A DNA stretch of 64,000 bases from Candidatus Poribacteria bacterium (GCA_965215265.1 OZ244048.1:4704001-4768000); one strand, 5' to 3'. Shown: positions 1 to 11,073, counted from the first letter of the stretch. Program-made: numbers and translations. The notes: generated by a model not told the origin, from the letters alone.

Positions 1-1644
1 TTCACCGCCGGTTTCGTACCACTTGCCCACCTTCGGGTGCCAATATTTCGGTAAAGTCGGAAACACCCAATCCGGATAAGTAAATAGATCCATTTCTGCT
101 TCACCGTGCATGCTAATTGTGAATTTGCCCAATGTCCGGCGCAGACTCAATTCTGCCCCAGGGGGTGTATAAAGCAGGGTACGTAAACCGAGTTGTTCCC
201 AGCCTTCCTGAATGATAAGCCCGATGTCATTTTCCTGACTGTTTAGATTAGAACTAGGCACGTCCATAAGCATCTCAATTCGTTTCCCATCTGGCCGTAA
301 CCGATATCCCTCCTTATCGCGTTCGGTTAATCCCATGTCATCAAGGAGAGCGTTCCCTTTAGCAATATTAAAATCGGCATCGGCTCTTTTCCATTCTTCA
401 AACAAGGCTTGTCCCGCATCATCCGCGAAGTGCCAGCCTTCCTGGCTCACCGTTGCAGCTTGTGGCTGCAGTAAACCGCGCCAGGCAATTTCGTTACATT
501 TTACTCTGTCAATACCGTAGGCGAGTGCCTTCCGAAACCGCTGGTCGCGGATGAGTTGCCGTAAAACCGGGTCGGGCGCGGTCCAATTAATCAGAATAGC
601 CGGTTGTGCCCCTGCGGTGCTTTTCCATTGTCGTACCTGATAGTTCCCCTTTTCTTGGCCTTTGAGGTAGAGTGCCAGGTCGCGGAGTTCCATGCCGCGA
701 TACTGACAATCTATTTCACCTGCCAAGATTTTGAGCACGCGCACCTGCGGTTCCGGCACAAGGCTGGTTTTTACCTTGTCAATATACGGGAGTTGCCGTC
801 CCAGTTTGTCCACAACGTAGTAATACGGATTCCGTTCCAGTTCAACCCGAAATCCGCCTTTTTCGTATTTTGTGAGCCGCCATGGCCACAGTGTCGGACG
901 TTGTGGGTTTTGGTACGGTCTGTCTTGTCGTTCAAATTCAATAAAGTCGGTATATTCGGGGTTGTAATCTGGGTGAAACCGGGTCATGTAGTGTTTGGGG
1001 ATGTTATATTGGTTGCACCACCAAAAGCCTGTTGCTAACCAGAGTGGGACCAACCAGTTCGGGCCAGCGAATTTCATCACGATGGTATAATCGTCTGGCG
1101 TTTCAACGCGCATAGGAATCCCGTTTACCTTACACCAGACCGGTTCTCCGTATTTGTGTCTTTTATCTTGGCAGAGCTGATAGTAGAACGCGAAAGATTG
1201 AGAGGTATAAGGATGCCCATCTGACCATTTCACCCCTTTGCGGAGACGGAGGGTTAGCACGCTGCCATCTCCGTTAAATTCCCAAGATTCTGCTAGGCCC
1301 GGTTCCAACCCGGATGCGTCAAATTTCCAGCGTATCAGAGGGGCGTAACCGGCGGTCATTTTGTAGGTTCCTAATTCGGGATGGGTATGGAATCGGTGCC
1401 ATGTCCCACCATAAGGGCCAGGGGCTTCATAGCCGTCAAAATTAGTTTTGGCGACCAATGGGTTTTGGGGGAGTCGCTCTTCAACCGGTGGCAGTTTTCC
1501 GGCATCCACCCATTTTGCCAAGATGGGTGCCTCTTTGGCATTTAGTCCGTTAGGGTATTCAGCTACATTTTCTATCCGGTTGTCTGAGCATCCGGCAATC
1601 AGTATGATGAGTATTAAAGATAGTATCTGTTTTACGTTTTTCAT
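1..1644 (-). CDS. Peptide/nickel-type ABC transporter substrate-binding lipoprotein (family 5), 3' end runs off the window
   Basis: Hand translation from ATG at 1644: MKNVKQILSLILIILIAGC (lipobox), then GKLPPVEERLPQNP...GPYGGTW and later LRKGVKWSDGHP. Follows two Opp-type ATPases. Confidence 0.9.
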   Translation of the reverse strand, partial: MKNVKQILSLILIILIAGCSDNRIENVAEYPNGLNAKEAPILAKWVDAGKLPPVEERLPQNPLVAKTNFDGYEAPGPYGGTWHRFHTHPELGTYKMTAGYAPLIRWKFDASGLEPGLAESWEFNGDGSVLTLRLRKGVKWSDGHPYTSQSFAFYYQLCQDKRHKYGEPVWCKVNGIPMRVETPDDYTIVMKFAGPNWLVPLWLATGFWWCNQYNIPKHYMTRFHPDYNPEYTDFIEFERQDRPYQNPQRPTLWPWRLTKYEKGGFRVELERNPYYYVVDKLGRQLPYIDKVKTSLVPEPQVRVLKILAGEIDCQYRGMELRDLALYLKGQEKGNYQVRQWKSTAGAQPAILINWTAPDPVLRQLIRDQRFRKALAYGIDRVKCNEIAWRGLLQPQAATVSQEGWHFADDAGQALFEEWKRADADFNIAKGNALLDDMGLTERDKEGYRLRPDGKRIEMLMDVPSSNLNSQENDIGLIIQEGWEQLGLRTLLYTPPGAELSLRRTLGKFTISMHGEAEMDLFTYPDWVFPTLPKYWHPKVGKWYETGGE

Positions 1645-1665
1645 ATATTCTGACACGTGTTTGTA

Positions 1666-2664
1666 TTAAACGCCTTGTAACTCTATTGTCTCACTCAGAT
1701 GGCAAGCCACCTGAACCCCCGGTGCTACCTCTTGGAGTTGTGGCGTTTGCTGTTTGCAGAGATCGGTTGCGTAACGGCAGCGGGGGTGGAAATGGCATCC
1801 TGTCGGGGGTTGAGACGGATCTGGTACATCACCTTCAAGCCGGATCCGTTCACGTTTCCGTTGGACACTCGGATCTGGAAGGGGCACTGCAGAGATTAAC
1901 GCTTCCGTGTAAGGGTGCCTCGGCGATTGATAGAGCGTTTCAGCGTCGCTAATTTCTACAATTTTGCCGAGATACATCACCGCGACCCGGTCGCTGATAT
2001 GCTCAACAACACTTAGATCGTGTGCAATAAAGATATATGAAAGTTGAAAGGTTTCCCGCAGCTCGGCCAGCAAGTTGAGAATTTGGGCTTGAACAGAGAC
2101 ATCGAGCGCTGACACGGGCTCATCAGCGACGATAAGTTCCGGTTTCAGTGCTAATGCCCGCGCAATCCCGATACGTTGACGCTGCCCACCGCTGAATGCG
2201 TGCGGGTAACGGCGCATATCCTGTGGTTTCAGACCGACAGATTCCAGTAACTCAGCGATCTGTTCTTGAAGTAGGTGCCCTTTCGCTATGCGATTGACGC
2301 GCAACGGTTCGCCGACAATATCTGCGACAGTCATGCGTGGATTGAGTGATGCGTGCGGATCTTGGAAAATCATTTGGATGCGCCGGCGGAACGGACGCAT
2401 CTCGTTTGCTGTGAGTTGCGCGAGATCTATCTGCTCTTCACCGAAGGTGAAACTCCCTTCAGTAGGCGGAATTAATCTGAGCAAGCACCGTCCTGCTGTG
2501 GTTTTGCCACAGCCGCTTTCTCCTACGAGTCCGAGCGTCTCGCCGCGTTCAACATCAAAACTGATACCGTCCACGGCTTTAACATAGCCAACCGTACGTT
2601 GCAGGATTCCTTTTTGTATGGGGAAATATTTCCGGAGGTTTCGCACCTCAAGGAGTCTGTTCAT
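1666..2664 (-). CDS. Oligopeptide ABC transporter ATP-binding protein (OppF/DppF-like)
   Basis: [26 protein letters not shown] and C-terminal GCHFHPRC. Start refined to MNRLLEV (ATG 2664). Confidence 0.93.
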   Translation of the reverse strand: MNRLLEVRNLRKYFPIQKGILQRTVGYVKAVDGISFDVERGETLGLVGESGCGKTTAGRCLLRLIPPTEGSFTFGEEQIDLAQLTANEMRPFRRRIQMIFQDPHASLNPRMTVADIVGEPLRVNRIAKGHLLQEQIAELLESVGLKPQDMRRYPHAFSGGQRQRIGIARALALKPELIVADEPVSALDVSVQAQILNLLAELRETFQLSYIFIAHDLSVVEHISDRVAVMYLGKIVEISDAETLYQSPRHPYTEALISAVPLPDPSVQRKRERIRLEGDVPDPSQPPTGCHFHPRCRYATDLCKQQTPQLQEVAPGVQVACHLSETIELQGV

Positions 2665-3724
2665 GGGTTCCTTTATCGTGCAACCAGCACCTGACGGCAT
2701 GCCTTTCATTTTGTTTAGTCTGTTTCCTTGTATTTTCAGCATGAATTTCAATGAGTGCTGGCATCTGTTCGCATTCTGGCATCCGCTCGGCGCATCTGGG
2801 TGCGAAGGAGCATCCTTTGGGAAGTGCTAACGGATGGGGTACTGTTCCGGGAATAGAAGGCAAATTTTCTTGTGCTGTTCCACCGAGCACAGGGATGGAC
2901 TTGAGTAAGCCGCGGGTATACGGATGCAACGGATGATAAAAAATATCATCAACGTTTCCCTTTTCAACCACGCGCCCGGAATACATGACGACCACCTCAT
3001 CTGCAAGCTCTGCGATAACCCCGAGATCGTGCGTGATCAGCATAATCGCCATGCCCAGCTCTGCTTGAAGTTCTTGCATGAGGGCGAGGACTTGTGCTTG
3101 AATTGTAACATCCAACGCAGTTGTGGGTTCATCTGCAATGAGTAATGCCGGGGAGCAACAGAGAGCCATGGCAATCATAACGCGTTGACGCATTCCCCCG
3201 GACAGTTGGTGGGGATACTCATCAACCCGTTGCGCTGGGGCAGGGATTCCGACACGGACGAGCATCTCGATCGCGCGTTTGCGCGCCGTCGTTTTGTTAA
3301 CGCCCTCGTGTAAAATAATCGCCTCGGCAATCTGATTTCCAACCGTATACACAGGATTGAGCGAGGTCATCGGTTCTTGAAAGATGATGGCGATCTCATT
3401 ACCACGGATTTGACGCATCAATTCGCTTCTGGGGGACACTTGGGCAATATCGATTGCGCTGTTGCTCACGTCACGGTAAAATTTAATTTCACCGGCTTCA
3501 ATACGCCCCGGCGATGGGATGAGCTGGAGTAACGAGAGCCCTGTAATACTCTTTCCACAGCCGCTTTCGCCAACAACCCCAACGGTTTGTCCACGTGCAA
3601 TTGTGAAACTGACATCATTAACGGCATTTACAGTGCCATCATCTGTCGGGAAGACCGTCTTTAAACCAGATATCTCCAGCAGCGGTGTTTCATTTTGTTT
3701 GTTGTTATGTTCTGTGGTTTTCAT
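2648..3724 (-). CDS. Oligopeptide ABC transporter ATP-binding protein (OppD/DppD-like)
   Basis: [34 protein letters not shown]. Confidence 0.93.
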   Translation of the reverse strand: MKTTEHNNKQNETPLLEISGLKTVFPTDDGTVNAVNDVSFTIARGQTVGVVGESGCGKSITGLSLLQLIPSPGRIEAGEIKFYRDVSNSAIDIAQVSPRSELMRQIRGNEIAIIFQEPMTSLNPVYTVGNQIAEAIILHEGVNKTTARKRAIEMLVRVGIPAPAQRVDEYPHQLSGGMRQRVMIAMALCCSPALLIADEPTTALDVTIQAQVLALMQELQAELGMAIMLITHDLGVIAELADEVVVMYSGRVVEKGNVDDIFYHPLHPYTRGLLKSIPVLGGTAQENLPSIPGTVPHPLALPKGCSFAPRCAERMPECEQMPALIEIHAENTRKQTKQNERHAVRCWLHDKGTHEQTP

Positions 3725-3838
3725 CTATACCGTTTAACAGACCCAATCCTGTTCATCCAAAATTGAGGTAATTCTACACGAAAAACAGTTTTTCGTCAAT
3801 TTTTTTATTTTTTACGGATTTATGATGTATCAGATGGT

Positions 3839-4225
3839 CTCACTTACCCCCATTTTTTTTGAGAATCGTCTGTGTGTGATATTGTTAGGTTTGTGTGTGA
3901 GAAAAGTGGCAAGAATACCGAACTTGCCAACACACTGGGCGGAGCAACCTTTTCTGTTTCAACTTCTCTCATTTTACCGAAAGCGGCAAACGCAACGCGA
4001 GCGCATTGACCCCAAACGTTTGCGACACACTCACCGCTATCAGCACAAAGAGCAAGTGACGCAACGCAGGTTTTTTAGAGCAATAGACTTGAAGATGTCT
4101 TGAAAACGGGTTATCAGAGATGTGGGATTTACCCGGTTCGGGTATCTCTAACCCACGGCTTTTCTCACATGTTTCTAAACAAAAACCCTTCACCACAAAC
4201 CTTCAAAAAAATGGGGGTAAATGAG
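3839..4225. mobile_element. MITE-like element (387 bp) with ~23-bp terminal inverted repeats
   Basis: Left end ctcacttacccccattttttttga (3839-3862). Right end tcaaaaaaatgggggtaaatgag (4203-4225) is its near-perfect reverse complement. No convincing ORF inside and no clear target-site duplication. Confidence 0.6.
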
Positions 4226-4323
4226 CACGCAAATTCTATTGACAATTTCGCAATTCCCTGATATGCTATCAGAAAAACACGGATTATCCGATAACTTCAA
4301 AGTGGACAACTGACTACCCTCTC

Positions 4324-5133
4324 ATGATTGAAAAAGGAAATATTGCTGTCATCACAGGTGCAGCAAGCGGGCTCGGACGAGCCATAGCTGAACGGTTCGC
4401 AGCGGAAGGCATGAAAATTGTACTTGCCGATATTGAAGAAAAAGCCTTGGCAGATACTGAGTCTGGACTGACATCCGCAGGTGCCACAGCGATCTCTGTC
4501 AGAACAGATGTCTCGGATGCCTCGGATGTGGAAACCCTTGCTAATCGGACACTGACTGCCTTCGGCGCAGTGCACATTCTGTGCAACAATGCCGGTGTCG
4601 TCTGCAGCCGTCACATTTGGGAACATAGCATTGCCGATTGGGAATGGATGTTAGGCGTTAACTTGTGGGGTGTCATTCACGGCATCCGGACATTTGTACC
4701 GCTCATGCTTGCACAAGAAACGGAATGTCATATCGTCAACACGGCATCTATTTTAGGCTTGGTAGGCGGGGCAGGGACAGGCATCTATAAGGTCAGCAAG
4801 CACGGCGTGGTGGTTCTCTCTGAAACCCTGGCCGATGAATTGAAACAGAGCGGAGCTCAAATTCAGGTGCATGTCCTTTGTCCGGGTTGGGTGCGCACAC
4901 GCCTTTTGGACGCAGATCGAAACCGGCCAGCCCACTTGCAGGAGCAGCCGAAGCCGCACGAAATAGAAAATTCGCAACGTGCCAGAACGGAGATGGCGAA
5001 CGGTATCCACCCATCTGAGGTCGCAGAACACGTCTACAACGCTATTCAGAACGGTACGTTCTATATTCTTACGCATCCTGAACTGAAAACCCAAGTTCGG
5101 GCCCGCCTGGAGCACATTTTAGCATCATCATAA
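4324..5133 (+). CDS. Short-chain dehydrogenase/reductase (SDR)
   Basis: TGAASGLG, NNAG, YKVSK catalytic motif. Confidence 0.93.
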   Translation: MIEKGNIAVITGAASGLGRAIAERFAAEGMKIVLADIEEKALADTESGLTSAGATAISVRTDVSDASDVETLANRTLTAFGAVHILCNNAGVVCSRHIWEHSIADWEWMLGVNLWGVIHGIRTFVPLMLAQETECHIVNTASILGLVGGAGTGIYKVSKHGVVVLSETLADELKQSGAQIQVHVLCPGWVRTRLLDADRNRPAHLQEQPKPHEIENSQRARTEMANGIHPSEVAEHVYNAIQNGTFYILTHPELKTQVRARLEHILASS

Positions 5134-5144
5134 TATGAGGCTGC

Positions 5145-6506
5145 CTAACCAGACAGACGTTGTAGCACATTGTGCGTAATCCGTTCCACAACAGCATCGC
5201 CGCCCCCTAATCCATGCGACCAGTCGGTTGTCGCAGCAGTGAACACGGTGCCACCGCGCGTATAGAGGCCCATCGTTGCAGCACAGGTCCGTCCTTTCTC
5301 CCAACCGCCATACCACTCCGAATCGTCCGGATGCCATCGGACAGGGGCAGTCGCGAGGACGGTGAAACCTTCCGGCGTGCCGTCGCGATGCGTCGGCACA
5401 GGCAGCCCCGCCTCAAAAATTAACTCGCAGCCATCACATTCATAGCCGACAACTGTATGTTCACCACCGAAAGCATCTGCTTTCACGAGGTTTGTGCCTT
5501 CAAATACCCAATGCTCAGGCCGATGCACGGTATAGGCCCCAGAACCGTCCATGAATTGCCCATGGCTGCGGTGATACCCCCCGTAGAGGAACCCGACACC
5601 GGTCAACTGGTTCTCCGGACGATCGACGAGGTGGTGGCTCCACAAGGTACTCAGCGTGCGATAATCGCCTGTTTTGTAAACCGGATCTTGATGGTAATTC
5701 TGCTTCCAACAGACGAGCGCCCTGCCCTTATCTTCAGAACGGACTTGCCAGCAGACAGAATTCCCACTAAAGAACGCCGCGTTCCCCCCATTAGCGATAA
5801 ATGCCTCAAGATTATCGCGCATCGGGGCAGACCAGTACTCGTCGTGTCCAACGCTCAACACAAGTTGGTAACGCTCCAAGAGTTCCGGATGGAATTCCAG
5901 ATCAGAATTCACGGCATAATCAAGCGTATACCCGTTCTGCTCTGCCCACACAATAAATGGCAGCTCCCACTGTTTGAAAATGCCCACTGTCGGCCGATCG
6001 AAGGAGACGCGACTCCCTTGTAATCCGCTTTGTCCATGAAATCCGTAGAGACTAAAGCCGCCCCAATTGTTATACGCGTTGTAAGTATTGGTCGAGAGTT
6101 GAAGCAAAATAGACGTGTTAGTCCCCGGTTCCGCAGGACGTACAATAAAGAATAGGGTGCTTTCAGCGGTGCGGCGGTTCCTGTAGACGTAGCGTCCGCC
6201 GCTATCTGTCACGCGGAGCGTGCCTTCATAATACCCGCTCTGCCACGTCTCCGGTACATTGAGCGTGAAGGAAGGCACCCAGCCGCAACCGTGCGATGAG
6301 GCATTTTCCGGGATCGGATATGTCTTACCGGGGAGCTCTTTTTCACAGAATACCACCTCACGCGTTGCACCCAGACGAGCAATCTCGAGGGAGTAGTGCA
6401 GCGCACTCGTTGAGATATGGAATTCAACAGTCTCACCGGGGGCGTAACTGAGTTGGTGCGTGTACCCATCGATATAGAGCGGTCTGACCGGCCTTAAGAT
6501 TTCCAT
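5145..6506 (-). CDS. N,N-dimethylformamidase beta-subunit-like protein
   Basis: TYNAYNNWGG, VSFDRP, SVGHDEYWS, FFSGN and GYECD motifs. Confidence 0.82.
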   Translation of the reverse strand: MEILRPVRPLYIDGYTHQLSYAPGETVEFHISTSALHYSLEIARLGATREVVFCEKELPGKTYPIPENASSHGCGWVPSFTLNVPETWQSGYYEGTLRVTDSGGRYVYRNRRTAESTLFFIVRPAEPGTNTSILLQLSTNTYNAYNNWGGFSLYGFHGQSGLQGSRVSFDRPTVGIFKQWELPFIVWAEQNGYTLDYAVNSDLEFHPELLERYQLVLSVGHDEYWSAPMRDNLEAFIANGGNAAFFSGNSVCWQVRSEDKGRALVCWKQNYHQDPVYKTGDYRTLSTLWSHHLVDRPENQLTGVGFLYGGYHRSHGQFMDGSGAYTVHRPEHWVFEGTNLVKADAFGGEHTVVGYECDGCELIFEAGLPVPTHRDGTPEGFTVLATAPVRWHPDDSEWYGGWEKGRTCAATMGLYTRGGTVFTAATTDWSHGLGGGDAVVERITHNVLQRLSG

Positions 6507-6840
6507 GCGTGTTTCCTTTCCAGTTACAGTGGCTCTGATAAATGCAAATTGTCATAATTTCACACCAAAGAGCCATCTCTAAGCCGGATACAAAACTTTG
6601 ATGGATAGCGTATCATTTTGTGACTAAGATGTCAAGTCTAACGAAATATCTTGCATTTTTCTCAGAAATCATGCATAATGATATGTGTCTTTTGTATCCA
6701 GATTTGATTAAATATGTATCGCTTGGCTACGCTATGGCGTTACACGGCAATGTCTTTTTTAGAAAAAATCAGAGTTGGCTGAGCAGTCTCTGTGGACAGT
6801 TCAAACCAACACAAAAGCGTTTGAGAATAGATGGAAAAAT

Positions 6841-7866
6841 ATGAAACGGGTACCTTTCCAAACTTTGCATGATGAATTTTATCGCGTACTGACCACGGTC
6901 GGGTTTACCGATGAACGCGCTGTGTTATGTGCGCGGCTATTCGCAGAGAACCAACGAGACGGGGTATACTCGCACGGCTTAAATAGATTCATTGGGTTCG
7001 TTGAGGGGCTGCGGAGCAAACAGATCGATTTTCACGCGCGGCCTGAGAAGATTGCGAGTTTTGGCGCGTTGGAACGGTGGGATGGCAAACTGGGGGTCGG
7101 CCTCGTTAACGCGCATCTCTCCATGAAACGGGCAATGGAACTTGCAGAAAGCCATGCCATAGGCTGCGTCGGACTGTCAAACACCAACCATTGGATGCGC
7201 GGCGGTGCTTATGCCCTACAAGCAGCAGAAGCCGGATACATCGGAATCTGCTGGACGAATACAACTGCGCTGATGCCGCCGTGGGGCTCAGCAGAAAAAA
7301 AGATTGGGAATAACCCGATGGCGATTGCTGTCCCGCGGTCAGATGGACATATTCTACTCGATATCGCGATGAGCCAATATTCAAACGGAAAATTAGAGGT
7401 GCTGAAACGACAAGGCAAACAGTTACCCCTACCCGGTGGATATGATGACACAGGAAACCTAACCGTCGAACCGGGCGAGATTCTTGATTCCCAAAGAGCA
7501 CTGCCGATCGGCTACTGGAAAGGATCCGGGCTTGCACTGGTACTGGATGTGATGGCCACCGTCGTCACAGGCGGGCAAGCCACGCATAACATCGTGCAGC
7601 AAGGTTCAGAATACGCTGTTTCTCAAGTTTACATTGCGATTAACGCCACAGAATTGATGGGGCAGATGGAATTGAATGAGACTGTAGATGCGATTATTGA
7701 GGATTTCCATAGGGCCATCCCCTTAGATGCAAATGAAGCTGTGAGGTATCCAGGGGAAGGAATGTTACGTACACGGCAAGAGAGCCTTGAAAAAGGTGTC
7801 TTGGTAGATGAAGGACAATGGAAGGAATTGCTTTCAGTTCCACGTCGTATCGGAGAGGAATTATGA
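6841..7866 (+). CDS. yiaK: 3-dehydro-L-gulonate 2-dehydrogenase (Ldh_2 family)
   Basis: DGVYSHGLNRF, NTNHWMRGG, CWTNT, LPIGYWKGSGL. Start refined to ATG 6841. Confidence 0.9.
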   Translation: MKRVPFQTLHDEFYRVLTTVGFTDERAVLCARLFAENQRDGVYSHGLNRFIGFVEGLRSKQIDFHARPEKIASFGALERWDGKLGVGLVNAHLSMKRAMELAESHAIGCVGLSNTNHWMRGGAYALQAAEAGYIGICWTNTTALMPPWGSAEKKIGNNPMAIAVPRSDGHILLDIAMSQYSNGKLEVLKRQGKQLPLPGGYDDTGNLTVEPGEILDSQRALPIGYWKGSGLALVLDVMATVVTGGQATHNIVQQGSEYAVSQVYIAINATELMGQMELNETVDAIIEDFHRAIPLDANEAVRYPGEGMLRTRQESLEKGVLVDEGQWKELLSVPRRIGEEL

Positions 7867-8981
7867 CATTACGTGCCGGAATTGTCGGGTGCGGTGGAAT
7901 TAGCCGGAGCCATGCGGCCGCACACGCGAATTTGGAAGAGGTCCAGCTCGTTGCTCTTTGCGACATTAATCGTGAAGCACTTAAGGCTCGTGCAGATGAG
8001 CACGGTGTGGCAAAACGATATATAGACTACGAGGAGATGTTCGCTCTAGAAGATTTAGATGTGGTAAGCATCTGTACACATGCCCCACTGCATGCGCCGA
8101 TTGCAATTGCTGCCGCAAACGCCGGCATCCATGTGCTCTGCGAAAAGCCATTGTCGGTTGACTTAGAGACTGCAGACCGGATGCTGGCGGCGAGTCGCGA
8201 AGCCGGGACTCATCTGGTCGTCAGCCATCAATTCCGCTTCACCCCGCTATTTCGGCACGCAAAAACGTGGATTGATGAAGGTAGAATCGGCGAACTCCGT
8301 TCTATTCGCGAGGTAGGCAAAGGGCGCGAGGCCGGATTTGAATTGATGGAGATGGGCGTTCACTACTTCGACGAAATGGATTTCTTCTTGGATGGGATCC
8401 AGTGGATTCAGGCACATATTACCTACCAAGGCCATGATGTGACAGCAGCAGATATTATGCACAGCAGCGAACTCTGCAAAACCGACCGTCGCGACAACGG
8501 CATGGTTGCTGGAGATACAATGCTCGTGCATATCGGAGGCACCTACGGAACTTACGGGATTATGGAACTCTACTGCCGCCAACGTAGACACAATTGGATG
8601 ATGGGTCCCCATATCCTTGGTTCGGAAGGACAACTGAGCATAAAACCGCATCCCGAAACCGGAATCGATGAAATGTGGTACTGCCCGTTTGATGTGTCGT
8701 TTGCAGCACATACCCCGGCTTGGGAACAGATAGCATTGGAACCAGAGCAATTTATTATCGCCGGAAAAACCTGGCCGACGCGCCACACTATCTGGAGTGC
8801 TAAAAATATACGAGACGCAATTCTCACGGGCAATCAACCGGAACTCGGAGGACAGAACGCGCTTGTATCCCTTGAATGTGTGAGCGCTACCTACGTCTCG
8901 CACTTCAGCGGCACAAAGGTGCAGCTCCCAGTTACCGAACGGAAACATCCACTCGTCTCTTTTGGTAAAGAGAACAAGTAA
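7863..8981 (+). CDS. Gfo/Idh/MocA family oxidoreductase
   Basis: GIVGCGGI, HVLCEKP. ATG 7863 overlaps the yiaK stop (ATGA). Confidence 0.9.
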   Translation: MTLRAGIVGCGGISRSHAAAHANLEEVQLVALCDINREALKARADEHGVAKRYIDYEEMFALEDLDVVSICTHAPLHAPIAIAAANAGIHVLCEKPLSVDLETADRMLAASREAGTHLVVSHQFRFTPLFRHAKTWIDEGRIGELRSIREVGKGREAGFELMEMGVHYFDEMDFFLDGIQWIQAHITYQGHDVTAADIMHSSELCKTDRRDNGMVAGDTMLVHIGGTYGTYGIMELYCRQRRHNWMMGPHILGSEGQLSIKPHPETGIDEMWYCPFDVSFAAHTPAWEQIALEPEQFIIAGKTWPTRHTIWSAKNIRDAILTGNQPELGGQNALVSLECVSATYVSHFSGTKVQLPVTERKHPLVSFGKENK

Positions 8982-9072
8982 AATCCTTTTTCGGTATAGG
9001 GAGACGATAAAGTGGTACGCTCTCATGAACACGGAGCCTTTTTAGCCTTTTTTTATATAAAGGAGGAAACGC

Positions 9073-9921
9073 ATGAAACTTACTTTCTTTAATGATTACC
9101 AACTCGGCGTAATAAAAGAAAACCACGTTGTTGACATTGCCGAGGCACTCAGCGAAATTTCCTATCACACACCGCAAGAACTGATTAAAACGGTAATTGA
9201 AAAATTTGATGAGCTGCATCCAGCAATCGTTGATGCTGCCGAAAATGGTAACGCAATTGCACTTGACGATGTCTTGCTGAGATCTCCGCTGCCGCGTCCC
9301 GGGCAGCTCGTCTGTTTGGCAGGTAATTACATTGAGCCGGACAGTCCATCACGTGGTGACTTCAACGCCTTTCTCAAATCGCCAACCGGTATCATTGCTA
9401 CAAAGGAAACGGTTGAATTGCCGGAGGCAGATGTCACCGTTTTCCACTTCGAGCCGGAATTAGCGATTGTGATTGGTAAAACGGCGAAAAATTTATCTGA
9501 ATCGGATGCGCTGGACTGTGTGTTCGGTTACACGCAATTTATTGATGTCTCTGCGCGCGGCCTGCCCGGTGGCTTCTTTTTAGGCAAAAGTTGGCATACC
9601 TTTGCCCCAATGGGGCCGGCTGTCGTCACCGCAGACGAAGTGGCTGATGGCAACGCGCTCGGGGTAAAACTCTGGATTAACGATAATTTGCAACACGATT
9701 TTTCAACGAATTCCATGGCACGTTTCATTCCGGAATTGCTAGTAGAAGTAACCAACGTCCTCACGCTGGAACCGGGCGATGTTGTGTCTACTGGTACACA
9801 CCATGAAGCACTTACCGCTATCAAAGATGGCGATACGGTAACTTTGTCCATAAACGGTTTCGGGCCGGAACTGACAGTTGCCGTACGCGATCCGCTGAAA
9901 CGAACAACCTGGCGCGGTTAG
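9073..9921 (+). CDS. Fumarylacetoacetate hydrolase family protein
   Basis: FHFEPELAIVIGK, DVSAR, GKSWHTFAPMGP, LEPGDVVSTGT. AGGAGG RBS. Confidence 0.92.
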   Translation: MKLTFFNDYQLGVIKENHVVDIAEALSEISYHTPQELIKTVIEKFDELHPAIVDAAENGNAIALDDVLLRSPLPRPGQLVCLAGNYIEPDSPSRGDFNAFLKSPTGIIATKETVELPEADVTVFHFEPELAIVIGKTAKNLSESDALDCVFGYTQFIDVSARGLPGGFFLGKSWHTFAPMGPAVVTADEVADGNALGVKLWINDNLQHDFSTNSMARFIPELLVEVTNVLTLEPGDVVSTGTHHEALTAIKDGDTVTLSINGFGPELTVAVRDPLKRTTWRG

Positions 9922-9928
9922 AAAAACG

Positions 9929-9958
9929 TTGACAATCATATCCGTTTGCGTGTATAAT
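9929..9958 (+). promoter_or_regulatory. Sigma70-type promoter
   Basis: TTGACA (9929-9934), 18 nt, TATAAT (9953-9958), upstream of the lipoprotein gene. Confidence 0.7.
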
Positions 9959-10090
9959 AATTGAAAAATCTCAGACGTTTTTAGGTATCAATATGGGTAC
10001 TACACATCTGATGCCCTTGAGAGAACGAATCATTTTCTTTTAAAATTGGATAAGAACAAGCCTATTCCTGACGATAAGGAGAATTAATTA

Positions 10091-11017
10091 ATGAAGAACC
10101 CCAAAAGTATAGCTAGCTTTGCTGTCCTCACAATTGTTTGTGCGTGGATGGTAGGATGCGGCGGCTGTAATCCTGAACCCATCCCCAGCGGGATAACTCC
10201 GACTGAAGGTCCCGAGACCGGTGGGACGACTGTGCGAATTACCGGCGAGAAATTTGATATGAAAAATGGCGTTACCGTGACATTTGGCGGGCAAAATGCA
10301 CAAAGCGTGACAGTGCCGAGCAAAATGGAAATTACTGCTGTAACCCCCTCTGGCATGGCAGGACAATCCGTCCCGGTCGTCGTCACAAACAAAGGGAAAC
10401 CTGAAGTACCTGTCACACTGTCACAACAGTTTACTTACACAGATGCAACACCACCAACTGTCACAATGACAGAACCTACTGATGGCACAGTATTCTCTGA
10501 TTATCAGAACTCATTGGATGTCCGGAATAGTTTAAGTGTTACCTTCAGCGAACCTGTTGACAGCGCTAGCATCTCAATTAACGTCGATGTTGCGAAAACT
10601 GAGGATTCAATGAGCGAACCGATGAACGCGACGCTGCAAGGGACAGTCAGTGGAAGTGGAGATACTGTGACTTTCACCTCGGATATGCCGATGCGGGCAG
10701 GACGGATGTATACCGTCACCGTTTCTGGAGCTACCGATATGGCTGGCAATTCTCTTGCAGCAGCTCATACATTCAGCTTTAGCGTGACGAGCCCCGAAAC
10801 TGTCTCTAAATATTACGTGCAAGAAGAGGATATTCAGGAACAGAATGGTGAAGCTGCACTCAAACGTATCGCAGCCCGCCCTGAGATATTCGACAATCCG
10901 GATATGTGGGAACGGTTGGTTGCTGCCAATCAAGATTATTATATCTTTAATCGGACAAAACTGAACGTCGGGCAATTACTATTGATTCCACGGGGACGCG
11001 TTTGGGGCGATAAGTAA
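10091..11017 (+). CDS. Lipoprotein with IPT/TIG, Ig-like (Big_5) and C-terminal LysM-like domains
   Basis: Lipobox VGC; ITPTEGPETGGTTVRITG (IPT); DATPPTV...VTFSEPVD...DMAGN (Big_5); LKRIAA...WERLVAAN...LNVGQLLLIP (LysM-like). Confidence 0.8.
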   Translation: MKNPKSIASFAVLTIVCAWMVGCGGCNPEPIPSGITPTEGPETGGTTVRITGEKFDMKNGVTVTFGGQNAQSVTVPSKMEITAVTPSGMAGQSVPVVVTNKGKPEVPVTLSQQFTYTDATPPTVTMTEPTDGTVFSDYQNSLDVRNSLSVTFSEPVDSASISINVDVAKTEDSMSEPMNATLQGTVSGSGDTVTFTSDMPMRAGRMYTVTVSGATDMAGNSLAAAHTFSFSVTSPETVSKYYVQEEDIQEQNGEAALKRIAARPEIFDNPDMWERLVAANQDYYIFNRTKLNVGQLLLIPRGRVWGDK

Positions 11018-11037
11018 CCAAATTCATAGAAAACCTA

Positions 11038-11073
11038 AAAAAAGCCGTGTATCATCTGTTATACGGCTTTTTT
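11038..11073 (+). terminator. Rho-independent terminator (probably bidirectional)
   Basis: aaaaagccgtgta-loop-tatacggcttttt. Confidence 0.75.

Noticed and set aside
3822-4196. ORFs inside the MITE-like element as a possible transposase
   Set aside because: Short, no DDE/HUH motifs, no RBS.
8247-9032. Long antisense ORFs (261 aa here; also 33966-34667, 38305-38921, 42402-43094)
   Set aside because: They overlap well-supported genes and have no recognisable motifs.
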